This document shows positions 1-10,033 of a stretch of 64,000 bases of DNA, piece after piece; position 1 is the first letter of the stretch, and the number at the start of each line of letters is the position of its first letter. The DNA lies in NCBI GenBank assembly GCA_963708105.1, contig OY970186.1:3083221-3147220 (forward strand), written 5' to 3'. Position numbers and translations under genes: made by a program. The notes under the pieces are model-generated. The model was given only the letters and a program-made list of their open reading frames with translations. It did no database searches and was not told the origin of the DNA. The stretch comes from an uncultured Actinomycetes bacterium (lineage in GTDB: Bacteria; Actinomycetota; Acidimicrobiia; IMCC26256; PALSA-610).

Positions 1-704
1 ACCGTCGGGATGCTGATCCACGCGCTCGAGGCCAAGGACCGTTACACGTCAGGCCATTCGGAGCGCGTCGCCGACTACGCCGAGCTACATCGGCGAAGAG
101 CTCAACTTCATGCCCGCCCGGCTCGAGCGCCTGCGGTTCGCGGCGCTGATGCACGACATCGGCAAGCTCGTCGTGCCGAACCAGCTGCTGAACAAGCCCG
201 GGCGCCTCACCCCCGACGAGTTCGCCCAGGTGCGCGTGCACGAGAAGGTCAGCGTGCAGATGCTGAGCCACATCGACTTCCTGCGCCCGATCGCGGCCGC
301 CTCGCACAGCGACAACACCAAGTTCGACCCCGACGACCTCGATCACCCGATCGAGCCGTACATCGTGATGATCGCCGACGCCTACGACGCCATGACCTCG
401 ACCCGGGCCTACCGCAAGGCGCTGTCCCAGGACGTGGCCTTCCAGGAGCTTCGCGACAAAGCGGGCGTCCAGTTCCACCCGGCCTGCGTCGAGGCCCTGA
501 TCCATGCCGTCGAGAAGCGGGGCGAGACGCCACGGCGACGGGTTCGAGCGCGACGCCGAATTCGACAATGCGCCGGTTGCCGGGCTCGGCAGCGCCGGTC
601 TCGGCGACCTGCTCGATACGGACGCCGACTCCGCAGAGCGTTCGCCGTCGGCCTCATCCGTCCTGAACCGGGCGAACGACGCAGGTCCCGACGAACGGTG
701 CTGA
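1..704 (+). CDS. HD-GYP-type phosphohydrolase domain protein (5' end outside window); frame-disrupted as assembled
   Basis: TSGHSERVADYAEL in frame 1, RFAALMHDIGKLVVP and IADAYDAMTSTRAYR in frame 2, tail GDGFERDAEF...GPDERC* in frame 3; frame hops near 87 and 525; stop 702-704. Confidence 0.8.
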
Positions 705-721
705 CTACGATCGGGTCGACC

Positions 722-745
722 AAAAGGGCCGATCAGCCCTTTTCC
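722..745 (+). terminator. Candidate intrinsic terminator after the HD-GYP gene
   Basis: aaaagggc-cgatca-gccctttt hairpin (8-bp perfect stem) ending in a T run, about 18 nt after the stop codon. Confidence 0.5.
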
Positions 746-809
746 GCCCGCCGAAGGCTGCCGAGTAACAACTGATGCGGCTGGAACCTCGAGATTCGGG
801 CGGGGCGCG

Positions 810-1974
810 GTGAACCGTCGCCGCCGAATCGCTCTCGTATGCGTGCTGGGTCTGTGGCCGCTGGAAGGTCGCGCACATGCTCGATCCCGCACGGGCACGC
901 CGACGCGCTCGACGTTCCTCGCCGCCGGCCTCGTGCTCGGCGAGCTGCTGGCGCTCCGGCTCGAGGATCGGCAGCGCGCTCCCGCTCTCGTACGCGGTGC
1001 TCGTCGTGCTCGCGTCGTCGTTCGCGCTGCGCGAGTACGCGATCGCGGTGCTTGGCGCGGAGTTGGTCTCGATCCTGTTGCGCATCACCGACCGCAATCG
1101 CGCGTGGCGACTCACGATCTTCGGTGTGCGCATGGCCGTCGCCGCGGCAACCTACGCCGCCTACCAAGGCGCGTGGCATCTCGTCGGTCAGCGGGAAGAG
1201 GTCGCCGCGCGTGCTGTTCGCGCTGGCGGCCGCCGCGCTCGCGCAGCTCGTCGTCGACGTGACTGCGAGCAAGGTGTTCCGGCTGGGCGCGTCGTTCTCG
1301 GCGCGCGGCCGGCTCGCGTGGCTGGCGATCGCATCGTCGGGCATGTTGATGGCGATCGGCTACCGCGGAGTCAACGGCGACGGCCGCGTCGGCATCTGGG
1401 GTCCGCTGCTGTTCTCGACGCCGTTGCTCGCGGCTTGGTACGCGTTCGAACGGCTCGACTCGGCAACCCGTTCGTACCGCCAGACGATCGAAGCGCTGGC
1501 CATGGCGCCCGAGCTCGGCGGGCATGGTCCCGCCCGGTCACGCGGAACGGGTCGCGACGCTCGGCGTCCGCGATGGGCGAGCAGCTCGGGTTGCCGGCTG
1601 CCGAGCGTGCGCGACCTCGAGATGGCCGCGCTCCTGCATCATCTCGGACAGGTCACGCTCGACGATCCCGTCGACGAACACGGCGTCGATCCGGCCGAGG
1701 TGACCGCGGTGACCGGCTCGATGTTGCGCGAGATCCGCCCGCTCGTCGGCTGCGGGCGAGATCGTCTCCGGCGAGGTCGACGATCCCAAGCGCCGGCTCG
1801 CCGTGCAGGCGTCTGCGCCTCGCGAGCGAGTACGACGACCTGACCGTCCGCGACAACGTGCCCGGCGACCTCGCGGTCGAGTCGCTGCGCTCGGCGCCGT
1901 CGTACGTCTACGACGAACGAGTCGTGGTGGCGCTCGAACGTGTGCTGCGCGACCGGGTCAGCGCCGACTCCTGA
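810..1974 (+). CDS. Membrane-anchored protein with degenerate HD/HD-GYP-like C-terminal domain; frame-disrupted as assembled
   Basis: Hydrophobic segments LVCVLGLWPL, LSYAVLVVLASSFAL, LFALAAAALAQLVV, LAWLAIASSGMLMAIGY, GPLLFSTPLLAAWYAF. Then GHAERVATLGVAMGEQLGL, LEMAALLHHLGQVTL (HH instead of HD), SEYDDLTV. At least 6 hops, three of them within 1520-1610. Stop 1972-1974. Confidence 0.6.
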
Positions 1975-1999
1975 CGCGATCCCGCGCCGCGTCGGTTGT

Positions 2000-2660
2000 G
2001 ACTCGTCGATCCGACGCGTCGACCGACTCGCGACGTCGATGCTCGGTCGCGGTCGAGCTGTCGGCCGGTCGGCGCGCGAGCGTTCTCGTACGGGCGCCGC
2101 GCCGCTTCGGCCTGCCGGCTCGCGTTGTAGGCGACGTCGCACAGGCCGACCGCGAGGATGAGGTCGCCGAAGCTGAGGACGGAGTCGAACGGCTCCTTCA
2201 AGACGATGATGTCGGAGAGGAACCGGAGCTTGTCGTCGGGTTGCTGCGGGTGGTGCTTGACGGTTGGCTTGCGTCCACGACTTGCTCTGCCACTCGGCCG
2301 GGATCTTCACCGGCATCCCCTGGTTCAACGTGATGACGAGCGCGTTGCACGCGATGCCGATGAACACGATGCCCATGCCGCGCAGCACGAGGTTGCGCGC
2401 CGCGAACGCCAGGATGAGCACGTACGACGCGACGAGCAGGCCGAAGCCGACGTCGTGCCAGTGCTCTCTGCGGGATCGTGACGTACTCGAGCACGATCTG
2501 GATCGCGAGGCCGAGGAACAGAACGGCGCCGAAGCGCCACCGCATCGCCGAGCAGGCGGCTGTACGAGCCCCGCGTCACGAGCGGGATCGCGAGCGCTAC
2601 GACAATTGCGATCGCGTACACGAGCACGGTGGCAATGCGTATGCGAATACGATCCCGAAT
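2000..2660 (-). CDS. DUF5317-like integral membrane protein; frame-disrupted, both ends approximate
   Basis: Minus-strand peptides IRIATVLVYAIAIVVALAIPLV, WRFGAVLFLGLAIQIVLEYVTIP, LILAFAARNLVLRGMGIVFIGIACNALVITLNQGMPV, KEPFDSVLSFGDLILAVGLCDV are spread over three frames. Family name recalled from memory of this architecture. Confidence 0.45.
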
Positions 2661-2675
2661 TGATGGCCAGACGAA

Positions 2676-3446
2676 GTGCTCTACGAGAACGCGGCGGGAG
2701 TGGCGCGGGTGACGATCAATCGTCCCGAGCGCCGCAACGCGATGTCGTTCGGAGTCATGCAAGGTCTGCGCGACGCGTTCGCGCGCGCTCGCGCCGACGA
2801 CGACGGTGCGCGTCGTCGTGCTCACGGGCGCGGGCGACAAGGCGTTCTGCGCGGGCGCCGACCTCGGTGGTGGCGGAATCGCCGACGGCGCGGCTTCGGC
2901 GCACGAGAGCCGCGGGCTCCTTGCGGACTTGTTCCGCGACATGTGGGAGCTCGGCAAGCCGGTGATCGCGCGCGTGCGCGGCTACGCGCTCGCGGGGGGT
3001 TTCGGCCTCGCGTGCGCGTGCGACATGATCGTCGCGTCCGACGACTCCGTGTTCGGCACGCCCGAGATCAACGTCGGCCTGTGGCCGTACATGATCACGG
3101 TTCCGTTGCTGCGTTCGATGCCGCCCAAGACCGTGCTCGAGCTGATGATGACCGGGCGGCGGGTTCCGGCCGACGAGGGTGCGCGCATCGGGTTCGTGCA
3201 GCGCGTCGTTCCGGTCGCCGAGCTCGACGCCACGGTCGACGCGCTCGCGGCCGAGCTTGCGTCGAAGTCGCCGATCATCATGCGGTGGGGGCGCGACGGC
3301 GTTCTACCGGGTGCTCGAGATGGACGCCGACGCCGCGCTCGTCGTACCTGCAGAGCATGCTGACGATCACATCGCAGACCGAGGACGCGGCCGAAGGTGT
3401 CGCCGCGTTCGCGGAGAAGCGGGCGCCGCAATGGAAGGGACGCTGA
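2676..3446 (+). CDS. Enoyl-CoA hydratase/isomerase (crotonase) family protein; frame-disrupted as assembled
   Basis: RVTINRPERRNA, VVVLTGAGDKAFCAGADL, GYALAGGFGLACACD, EGVAAFAEKRAPQWKGR*; hops near 2806, 3297 and 3340. Confidence 0.85.
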   Translation: MLYENAAGVARVTINRPERRNAMSFGVMQGLRDAFARARADDDGARRRAHGRGRQGVLRGRRPRWWRNRRRRGFGAREPRAPCGLVPRHVGARQAGDRARARLRARGGFRPRVRVRHDRRVRRLRVRHARDQRRPVAVHDHGSVAAFDAAQDRARADDDRAAGSGRRGCAHRVRAARRSGRRARRHGRRARGRACVEVADHHAVGARRRSTGCSRWTPTPRSSYLQSMLTITSQTEDAAEGVAAFAEKRAPQWKGR

Positions 3447-3450
3447 GCGA

Positions 3451-5037
3451 ATGAGCGAGCCCACGCCGCCGGCCGACCCGCGTCACGACTGGGGTCCGCT
3501 CGTCGGCGATCTCGCGACGCGCAAAGCCCGGTCGCTCGAGATGGGCGGCGAGAAACTCGTCGAACGCCAACGCTCGCTCGGGAAGCTCACGGTGCGCGAA
3601 CGACTCGATCTCCTCCTCGATCCGGGCACGTGGGTCGAGTACGGGCTGCTCGCCGAGCACATGGACGCCGGGCTCGGCGACCGCTTCCTCGCGGCCGACG
3701 GCGCGGTCACGGGTGTCGGCGAGATCGACGGCCGGCTCGTCGCGGTGGCCGCGTACGACTTCACCGTGATGGCCGGCTCGATGGGTGCGGTCGGCGAAGA
3801 CAAGATCGCGCGGATGCGCGCCCACGCCGTGCGCCAACGCATCCCGTTCGTGTGGCTGCTCGACTCCGCGGGCGCGCGCATCCAGTCGACGAGTGGCTCC
3901 AGCTTCGCGGGCATGGGTGCGCTGTTCCGTGAGCAGGTCGCGATGAGCGGTGTCGTGCCGATGGTCGCGGCGATGCTCGGGCACTGCGCGGCCGGCACCG
4001 CGTACATCCCCGCCCTCGCCGACTTCGTCCCGATGGTGAAGGGCACGTCGTCGATGGCGCTCGGCGGCCGTCATCTCGTGAAGGCCGCCGTAGGCGAGGA
4101 CGTGACCGAAGAGGAGATGGGCGGCTCCGCGGTCCACACCAAGATCTCGGGGGTAGCCGATCTCGAAGTCGGCGACGACGCCGAGTGCCTGCGCGTCGTC
4201 CGCGCGTACCTCTCGTTCTTTCCGCAGAACAACAAGGAGCGTCCGCCGGTGCCGCGCCACGACCGATCCGGTCGAGCGGCGCACCGAGGAGCTGTACGCC
4301 ATCGTGCCGACCGCGCCCGGCGCGCGTACGACGTGCGTAAGGTCGTGCACGCGATCGTCGACGACGGCGACGTGTTCTGGATGAAACCCGAGTGGGCCAA
4401 GAACCTCGTGACCGGCCTGGCGCGGGTCGGCGGTCAACCGGTCGGCATCGTCGCCAACCAACCCATGGTTCTCGGCGGCGCGCTCGACGTGAACGCGGCC
4501 GACAAAGCGGCGCGCTTCGTGTGGTTGTGCGACGCGTTCAACATCCCGCTCGTGTTCCTGCACGACGTCCCCGGATTCATCGTGGGTTCGGCCGTCGAGA
4601 AGCAGGGCATCATCCGGCACGGCGCCAAGATGCTGTTCGCCGTCAGCGAGGCGACGGTCCCGAAGATCTCGGTCGTGCTGCGCAAGAGCTACGGCGCCGG
4701 GTACTTCGTGATGAACGGGCTCGCCTACGAAGCCGACTACATCGTGGCTTGGCCGACCGCGGAGATCGCGGTGATGGGCCCCGACGGCGCGGTCAACATC
4801 ATCCACCGCAAGGTGCTCGAAGCCATCGAGGACGACGACGAGCGCGCGGCCAAGCGCCTCGAGCTCGCCGAGGAGATTCGGGCCAACATCGATCCCTACA
4901 TCGCCGCCGGTCACGCGCAGGTCGACGACGTCATCGACCCCGCCGACACGCGCGCCGCCATTGCCCGCGGCCTGCGCATCACGGCCGACAAACAGGTCGA
5001 CCGTCCCTGGCGCAAGCACGGCGTGCTGCCCGTCTGA
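3451..5037 (+). CDS. Acyl-CoA carboxylase carboxyltransferase (beta) subunit; two compensating indels
   Basis: GKLTVRERLDLLLDPGTWVEYG, AYDFTVMAGSMG, VANQPMVLGGALDVNAADKAARFV, KSYGAGYFVM. One continuous ORF, but nt ~4255-4325 read as Arg-rich nonsense while the neighbouring frame gives TDPVERRTEELYAIVPT. ATG 3451. Confidence 0.9.
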   Translation: MSEPTPPADPRHDWGPLVGDLATRKARSLEMGGEKLVERQRSLGKLTVRERLDLLLDPGTWVEYGLLAEHMDAGLGDRFLAADGAVTGVGEIDGRLVAVAAYDFTVMAGSMGAVGEDKIARMRAHAVRQRIPFVWLLDSAGARIQSTSGSSFAGMGALFREQVAMSGVVPMVAAMLGHCAAGTAYIPALADFVPMVKGTSSMALGGRHLVKAAVGEDVTEEEMGGSAVHTKISGVADLEVGDDAECLRVVRAYLSFFPQNNKERPPVPRHDRSGRAAHRGAVRHRADRARRAYDVRKVVHAIVDDGDVFWMKPEWAKNLVTGLARVGGQPVGIVANQPMVLGGALDVNAADKAARFVWLCDAFNIPLVFLHDVPGFIVGSAVEKQGIIRHGAKMLFAVSEATVPKISVVLRKSYGAGYFVMNGLAYEADYIVAWPTAEIAVMGPDGAVNIIHRKVLEAIEDDDERAAKRLELAEEIRANIDPYIAAGHAQVDDVIDPADTRAAIARGLRITADKQVDRPWRKHGVLPV

Positions 5038-5052
5038 CGTACGATTCTGGGC

Positions 5053-5272
5053 ATGGCCGAGATCTACGCCGAGATCACTGCGAACGTATGGCAAGTCATC
5101 GCCGAGGTCGGCTCGCTGGTCGCCGAGGGCGACGAGATCTGCATCCTCGAATCCATGAAGATGGAGATACCCGTCGTCACGGAAGTGCCGGGCGTGGTCC
5201 GCGAGCTCGATGTGGAGCCCGGGCAGACGGTGCAAGAGGGCGACCGCATCGCGCTACATCGACGAGTCCTGA
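5053..5272 (+). CDS. Small stand-alone biotinyl/lipoyl carrier domain protein; frame-disrupted near 3' end
   Basis: Biotinylation-type motif ILESMKMEIPV. Expected C-terminus IALIDES* is reached after a hop near 5256 (TGA 5270-5272). Confidence 0.8.
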
Positions 5273-5288
5273 GCGAAGCGACCCGCAC

Positions 5289-6052
5289 GTGATTCAGTTC
5301 GAAGAACGAGGGCAGGTCGGCGTCGCGACGATCGACCGTCAGGAACGACGTAACGCGCTCAACGGCGAGTTGTGCGAACAGCTCCGCGAGCACCTCGTGC
5401 GGCTCGACACGCGCTGCGAGCGATCGTGATCACCGGCGCGGGCACGGCGTTCTGCTCGGGCGCCGATCTCGTGACCCGCTTCGCCGCGCACGGCGACACC
5501 AACACCGACACGTTCCGGCCCGCGTTCGAACTGATGCTCGACGCGATCGTCGCCCATCCCGCACCCGTCGTCGCCGCGATCAACGGCCCCGCGATCGGCG
5601 CGGGGATGCAGCTCGCGGTGACGTGCGACATCCGGGTCGCCGCGCTCGGCGCCCGCCTCGCGATCCCGGGCGGCAAACTCGGTATTCATCTGAGTCCGCG
5701 CAACATCTGGCGCCTGGTCGAGCTGGTCGGCCAGGGCGCGGCGCGCGACTTCCTGCTCGCGGGCCGCACCGTCGACGCCGAGGAAGCCCAGCGGCTCGGC
5801 CTCGTGCAGTACGTCGAGCACGACGCGCTCGGGGCGGCGCTCGCCCGAGCGGGCGAGATCGCGGCGTCGGCCCCGCTGACCGTGCGCGGGCACAAGCGGG
5901 CACTCAACCTCGTGGCCGACGCGCAGTGGCTCTCCGCCGGCGCCCGGGCCGAGATCGAGGCCGCCGAAGCGGGCGCGTTCGCGAGTAGCGACCTGCAAGA
6001 GGGCATGGCCGCGTTCTCCGAGAAGCGCACCCCCAACTTCCAGGGGAAATAA
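5289..6052 (+). CDS. Enoyl-CoA hydratase/isomerase family protein (second copy); frame-disrupted as assembled
   Basis: GTG 5289; IQFEERGQVGVATIDRQERRNAL, then after a hop near 5400 IVITGAGTAFCSGADL, NGPAIGAGMQLAVTCD, EGMAAFSEKRTPNFQGK*. Confidence 0.85.
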
Positions 6053-6063
6053 CCGGCGCGTGG

Positions 6064-6759
6064 CTACGTCCGAAGTCGGCACGTATACGCGCCGTACGCA
6101 GCGCGTCGATACTCCCGCTCGACGATGTCGAAGCCTGCGCGCTCGATCATCGGTTCCAGCAACCAGCTGTACGTACTGAACTCTCCCCGTACGTGTTCGG
6201 CCAATTCCGCGGCCGTCCAGCCCGCGGCCTCGTCCTCGACTGCGCCCGCCATCCACTCCGCGATGCGCGCGTCGACCTCGTCCGGACCGAAATCGAACAC
6301 GAGGTCACGCAGTCGAAGAACGCCACCCGGCCGCATCGTTCCGGCGATGCGATCGAGTGCGACGGCTTTCCAGAAGTCGGGAAGCTGGTGCAGTGCGTTT
6401 CGCGTGAAGACTGCGTCAACCGGGTCGCCGCGATGCTCGTACGACAAGAAGCCGCCGTCGACAACGGTCACATTGTCGAGTCCGAGTTGGTCGACGCGCG
6501 TGCGGAGCGCGGCCCTCATCGCGGGAGAGATGTCGACGGCGATGACATGACCGCAGTGGGGCGCGATCGCAATGGCGAAGGTGCCGGTGCCGGCGCCAAG
6601 GTCGACGATCGTGGACGTCGGATCCAGCCCGTGGTTCAGGAGCACGCCGACGTCCTCGGCGGGATCGAACCCGGCCTTGCGGTCGTAACCCGCCACGTAG
6701 CGCTCATCGAGGTGTTCGGCACCCGCGTGGGCCCGTTCGTCCAACCACCAGGAGTTCAC
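6064..6759 (-). CDS. Class I SAM-dependent methyltransferase
   Basis: Intact 231-aa ORF; motif I VDLGAGTGTFAIAIA, later FTRNALHQLPD. Confidence 0.8.
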   Translation of the reverse strand: MNSWWLDERAHAGAEHLDERYVAGYDRKAGFDPAEDVGVLLNHGLDPTSTIVDLGAGTGTFAIAIAPHCGHVIAVDISPAMRAALRTRVDQLGLDNVTVVDGGFLSYEHRGDPVDAVFTRNALHQLPDFWKAVALDRIAGTMRPGGVLRLRDLVFDFGPDEVDARIAEWMAGAVEDEAAGWTAAELAEHVRGEFSTYSWLLEPMIERAGFDIVEREYRRAAYGAYTCRLRT

Positions 6760-6810
6760 GCCTCCAAGTAATACAGCACTGCTGTCTCACCGGCGGGCGA
6801 GAATGTCGGC

Positions 6811-7329
6811 ATGGTCGACGATCTCCTGGATCCCCGCCGTGAGGAACCGCCGTTCATCCTCGACGAACGGCCGATGCTCGAAGGCTGGCTCGAGTTTCAC
6901 CGCATGACGCTGCTGTTGAAGTGCGAGGGCATCGACGACGCGGCGCGCAAGGCGCGCCCCATCCCCACGTCGTTGCTGTCGCTGCACGGTCTCGTCCGCC
7001 ACATGGCCGACGTCGAGCGCAACTGGTTCCGGCGCACGTTGCTCAGCGAGCCGACCGCACCCCCGATTTTCTACGACCCCGCCATCGACGACAGTGAGCT
7101 CGTCCCGCTCGACGATGCGAACTGGGAAGCCGACCTCGCAGCCTGGCACGCGGAGTGCGACGCGGCCCGCGCCGCGGCCGCCGGTCGGAGTCTCGATGCC
7201 ACCGGCGACCGGCGCGGTGAACCGTGCTCGTTGCGCTGGATCTACAACCACATGATCGAGGAGTACGCGCGCCACAACGGTCACGCTGACCTCATCCGCG
7301 AACTGATCGACGGACAGGTCGGTTACTAA
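6811..7329 (+). CDS. DinB/DUF664 family protein (mycothiol-transferase-like fold)
   Basis: Intact 172-aa ORF; LEFHRMTLLLKCEG and HMIEEYARHNGHADLIRELIDG are typical of DinB_2/DUF664 proteins. Confidence 0.75.
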   Translation: MVDDLLDPRREEPPFILDERPMLEGWLEFHRMTLLLKCEGIDDAARKARPIPTSLLSLHGLVRHMADVERNWFRRTLLSEPTAPPIFYDPAIDDSELVPLDDANWEADLAAWHAECDAARAAAAGRSLDATGDRRGEPCSLRWIYNHMIEEYARHNGHADLIRELIDGQVGY

Positions 7330-7330
7330 G

Positions 7331-8205
7331 TCACCAGGGGAGTGCGTCGAGGTCGACGTTGCCGCCCGACGCGATGATGCCGACGCGTGCTCCGGCCGGA
7401 GCCGCGTGGCGCGCCGCCGCGAATGCCACCGCGGAGCTGGGCTCGATCGTCTGTTTGGTCCGTTCCCAAACCATCCGCATGGCGGCGAGGATGTCGGCCT
7501 CGTCGATCGTGATCTGTTCTACGCCGTGATCACGCAGGATCGCCTCGGTGCGCGGCGAGAGTCCCGTGCGCAGACCGTCGGCGATGGTCGCGGAACGATC
7601 ACGCGGCGATCCGCCGAGCACCCGGATCGGCGCCGCCGCGATGCACGTTCCCGAGCAGAGACCGCCACCGCCGATCGGCGTCACGATCAGGTCGAGGTCG
7701 GGGATCTCGGCGATGAGCTCGAGGGCGGCGGTGCCCGCGCCCGCGATGACGCGCTCGTCGTCGAACGGATGGATCTCGATCGCGCCGGTGCGGGCAACGA
7801 CCTCGGCCAACACCGCGCGCCGCGCGTCGATCGTGTTGTCGCATTCGGTCACCTCGCGCGCCGTAGCGCTCGACCGCGATGCGCTTGGCCCGGCTCGCAC
7901 CGCGCGGCATCACGACGTACGCGGGGATTCCGCGCGTCGCCGCCGCGAGTGCGAGCGCGGCCGCATGGTTCCCCGACGAGTGCGCGGCCACGCCGTTCCG
8001 CGCTTCGCTTTCCGACAACGATTGCACCGCGTTCGTCGCGCCCCGGAACTTGAACGCGCCGATTCGTTGCAGGTGCTCGGCTTTCACGAACACCTCGGCG
8101 CCGACCCATTCGTCGAGCGAGCGCGATCGCAACACCGGAGTGCGATGTACGAACGGCGCGATACGAACGGCTGCGCTCTCGATCTCGCGCGCGGTCGACG
8201 CTCAC
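7331..8205 (-). CDS. PLP-dependent serine/threonine dehydratase family protein; frame-disrupted as assembled
   Basis: GAFKFRGATNAV (PLP lysine), HSSGNHAAALALAA, TPIGGGGLCSG. Pieces lie in ORFs 7849-8205, 7599-8135 and 7331-7900. GTG start 8205. Confidence 0.8.
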
Positions 8206-8215
8206 CGATTCGGCC

Positions 8216-9200
8216 TAGTAGCCGGCGGGCAGTGCGCGCTCGAGGTACACGTAGAAGGGGAAGAGCACGAAGAGGAACGGCACCACACCGACGATCCAGG
8301 TGAGCGGGAGACGCCAGCGCCGGAAGCCCCACCACCAGGCGAGCCCGACGAGCGCGGCGATGATTCCCCAGACGATGCTGGGCACGAGGCTCTTGCTCTG
8401 CGCCGGAGAGCCCTTCGGCGAGACCGTCCTGTTCGCTCGCCCGCGACTTCCCGCCCGCCGCGCCGGCGGTCACCGGCTTCGAAATCGACGGCTTGGAACT
8501 GCGGGCGATGTCGAGCTTGGCCCGGATGACGATGCGTTGCGCGGCCGAGCCCTTGGGGTTGCACGACGTGAGCGTGAGCTCGGGGTCTGGGGTGTTGTCA
8601 CGACCGCGATGTCGGTGGGCTTCACGGTGAACGGCGGCTGCGACACCTTGTAGACGAAGTTGCCGGCGAGCGTCGTGATGATGATGTCGTCGCCGGGCTT
8701 CAGCTTGTCGACGTTGCCGAACGGGTGGAGGTAGGTAGTGCGGTGCCCGGCGATGGCGGCGTTGCCGATCGTGCCGGGGAGCGGCGTGCCGGGATAGTGG
8801 CCCGGGCCCTTCTTTCAGGTCGTCGCGCGACGTGCCTTCGACGATCCAGTAGCTGGCGCCGATGGCCGGGATCGTTGATTCCCCCGAGCACGTCGCCCTC
8901 GGGCGGAACGGGCGGTGCGGGGCGGGCCGGCGTCGTGGACGATCGTGGGCGTGGTGACGGGCACCGGGCCCTTCTTCACGGTGGTGCTGGTCGAGGTGAT
9001 CGACCGGGTTGTCGGCGTCGGCCTGGGCCTGCTCCTTTTGGAACTGGGTCTTCAGGTTCTCCTGCGCCCGGGCGGTGAATATGCCGGTTCCCCAGAGCTG
9101 GTAGACGACGAAGAGGAGGATCAGGAGGCCCAGGGTGACCAGCGTCCGGCCCACTCCTGCGATCGAGCGTCGCACCCAGCGATGGTACCGGGCGTGCCGA
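8216..9200 (-). CDS. Class E-like sortase; frame-disrupted, start not resolved
   Basis: N-terminal anchor GRTLVTLGLLILLFVVYQLWGTG, IPAIGASYWIVEGTS, AIAGHRTTYLHPFGNVDKL, TLTSCNP, C-terminal TM WGIIAALVGLAWWWGF...LPAGY* (stop 8216-8218); at least 5 hops. Confidence 0.7.
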
Positions 9201-9295
9201 GATGCCCGCCCGCGGTGGTCGAGGCCGGTTCGCCGCTTTCGCCGGCCTGTCCGTAAGCTTGCCGGGTACCGCTCCCTCGGTCCCCGGAGCTCTGG

Positions 9296-10033
9296 TTGCG
9301 CTGCGTACGCCTTCGGTCGGCCGTCTGCATGCTCGGACGATTTCCCGCGCTCGCCGGCGCCGACCTCGAGGTGGAAGCCGGCGAAATCCTCCTGCTCAGC
9401 GGGCCGAACGGTGCGGGCAAGACCACGCTGCTGCGGCTCTGCGCGGGGCTGTTGCCGCTGCGCGCGGGGGAGGCTGAAGTGCTCGGTGTGGATCTCGCGA
9501 CGGAACCAAAGCGCGTACGGCGCGCGGTCGCGCTCGTCGGGCACGAGACGTTCTGTTACGACGACCTCACCGTCGCGGAGAACGTCCGCTTCGTCGGCGC
9601 GGTCGACGGGTCACAGCGCGGCCGACGGCGACGCCGCGCTCGAGCGCGTCGGCCTGCAGCGCGTCGCGAACGTTGCGCACGGCCGCTTGTCGCAGGGCCA
9701 ACGCCGCCGGCTCTCGCTCGCCAACGCGCTCGGCGCGCAAGCCGCGCCTGCTGCTGCTCGACGAGCCGCACGCCGGACTCGACGAGCACGGCCGCGACGT
9801 GCTGGAAGAAGTCGTGCGGGCCGCACCGGCCGCCGGCTGCACGGTGCATGATGGCGTCGCACGAGCTCGACCTGGCCCGACGCCTCGCCACTCGCGAAGT
9901 GCGCATCGTCGCGGGCCAGGTGCACGAGGTGCCGGCCGCCGAGGTGCCCGTCGCTGCGGAAATCCCGGAGATCTCCGACATCCCGAACGTTCCCGACATC
10001 CCGAACGTCCCCGACATCGAGGCCCGCACGTGA
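9296..10033 (+). CDS. ccmA: Heme exporter ATP-binding protein CcmA; frame-disrupted as assembled
   Basis: LSGPNGAGKTTLLR, LSQGQRRRLSLANAL, LLLLDEPHAGLD, MASHELDLA; hops near 9605, 9730 and 9847; TTG start; position at the head of the ccm operon. Confidence 0.8.
   Translation: MRCVRLRSAVCMLGRFPALAGADLEVEAGEILLLSGPNGAGKTTLLRLCAGLLPLRAGEAEVLGVDLATEPKRVRRAVALVGHETFCYDDLTVAENVRFVGAVDGSQRGRRRRRARARRPAARRERCARPLVAGPTPPALARQRARRASRACCCSTSRTPDSTSTAATCWKKSCGPHRPPAARCMMASHELDLARRLATREVRIVAGQVHEVPAAEVPVAAEIPEISDIPNVPDIPNVPDIEART
9959..10020 (+). repeat. 18-nt in-frame tandem repeat in the CcmA C-terminal tail
   Basis: gacatcccgaacgttccc / gacatcccgaacgtcccc (9977-10012), preceded by the degenerate unit gaaatcccggagatctcc and followed by a partial unit; encodes EIPEIS-DIPNVP-DIPNVP-DI. 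Confidence 0.7.
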
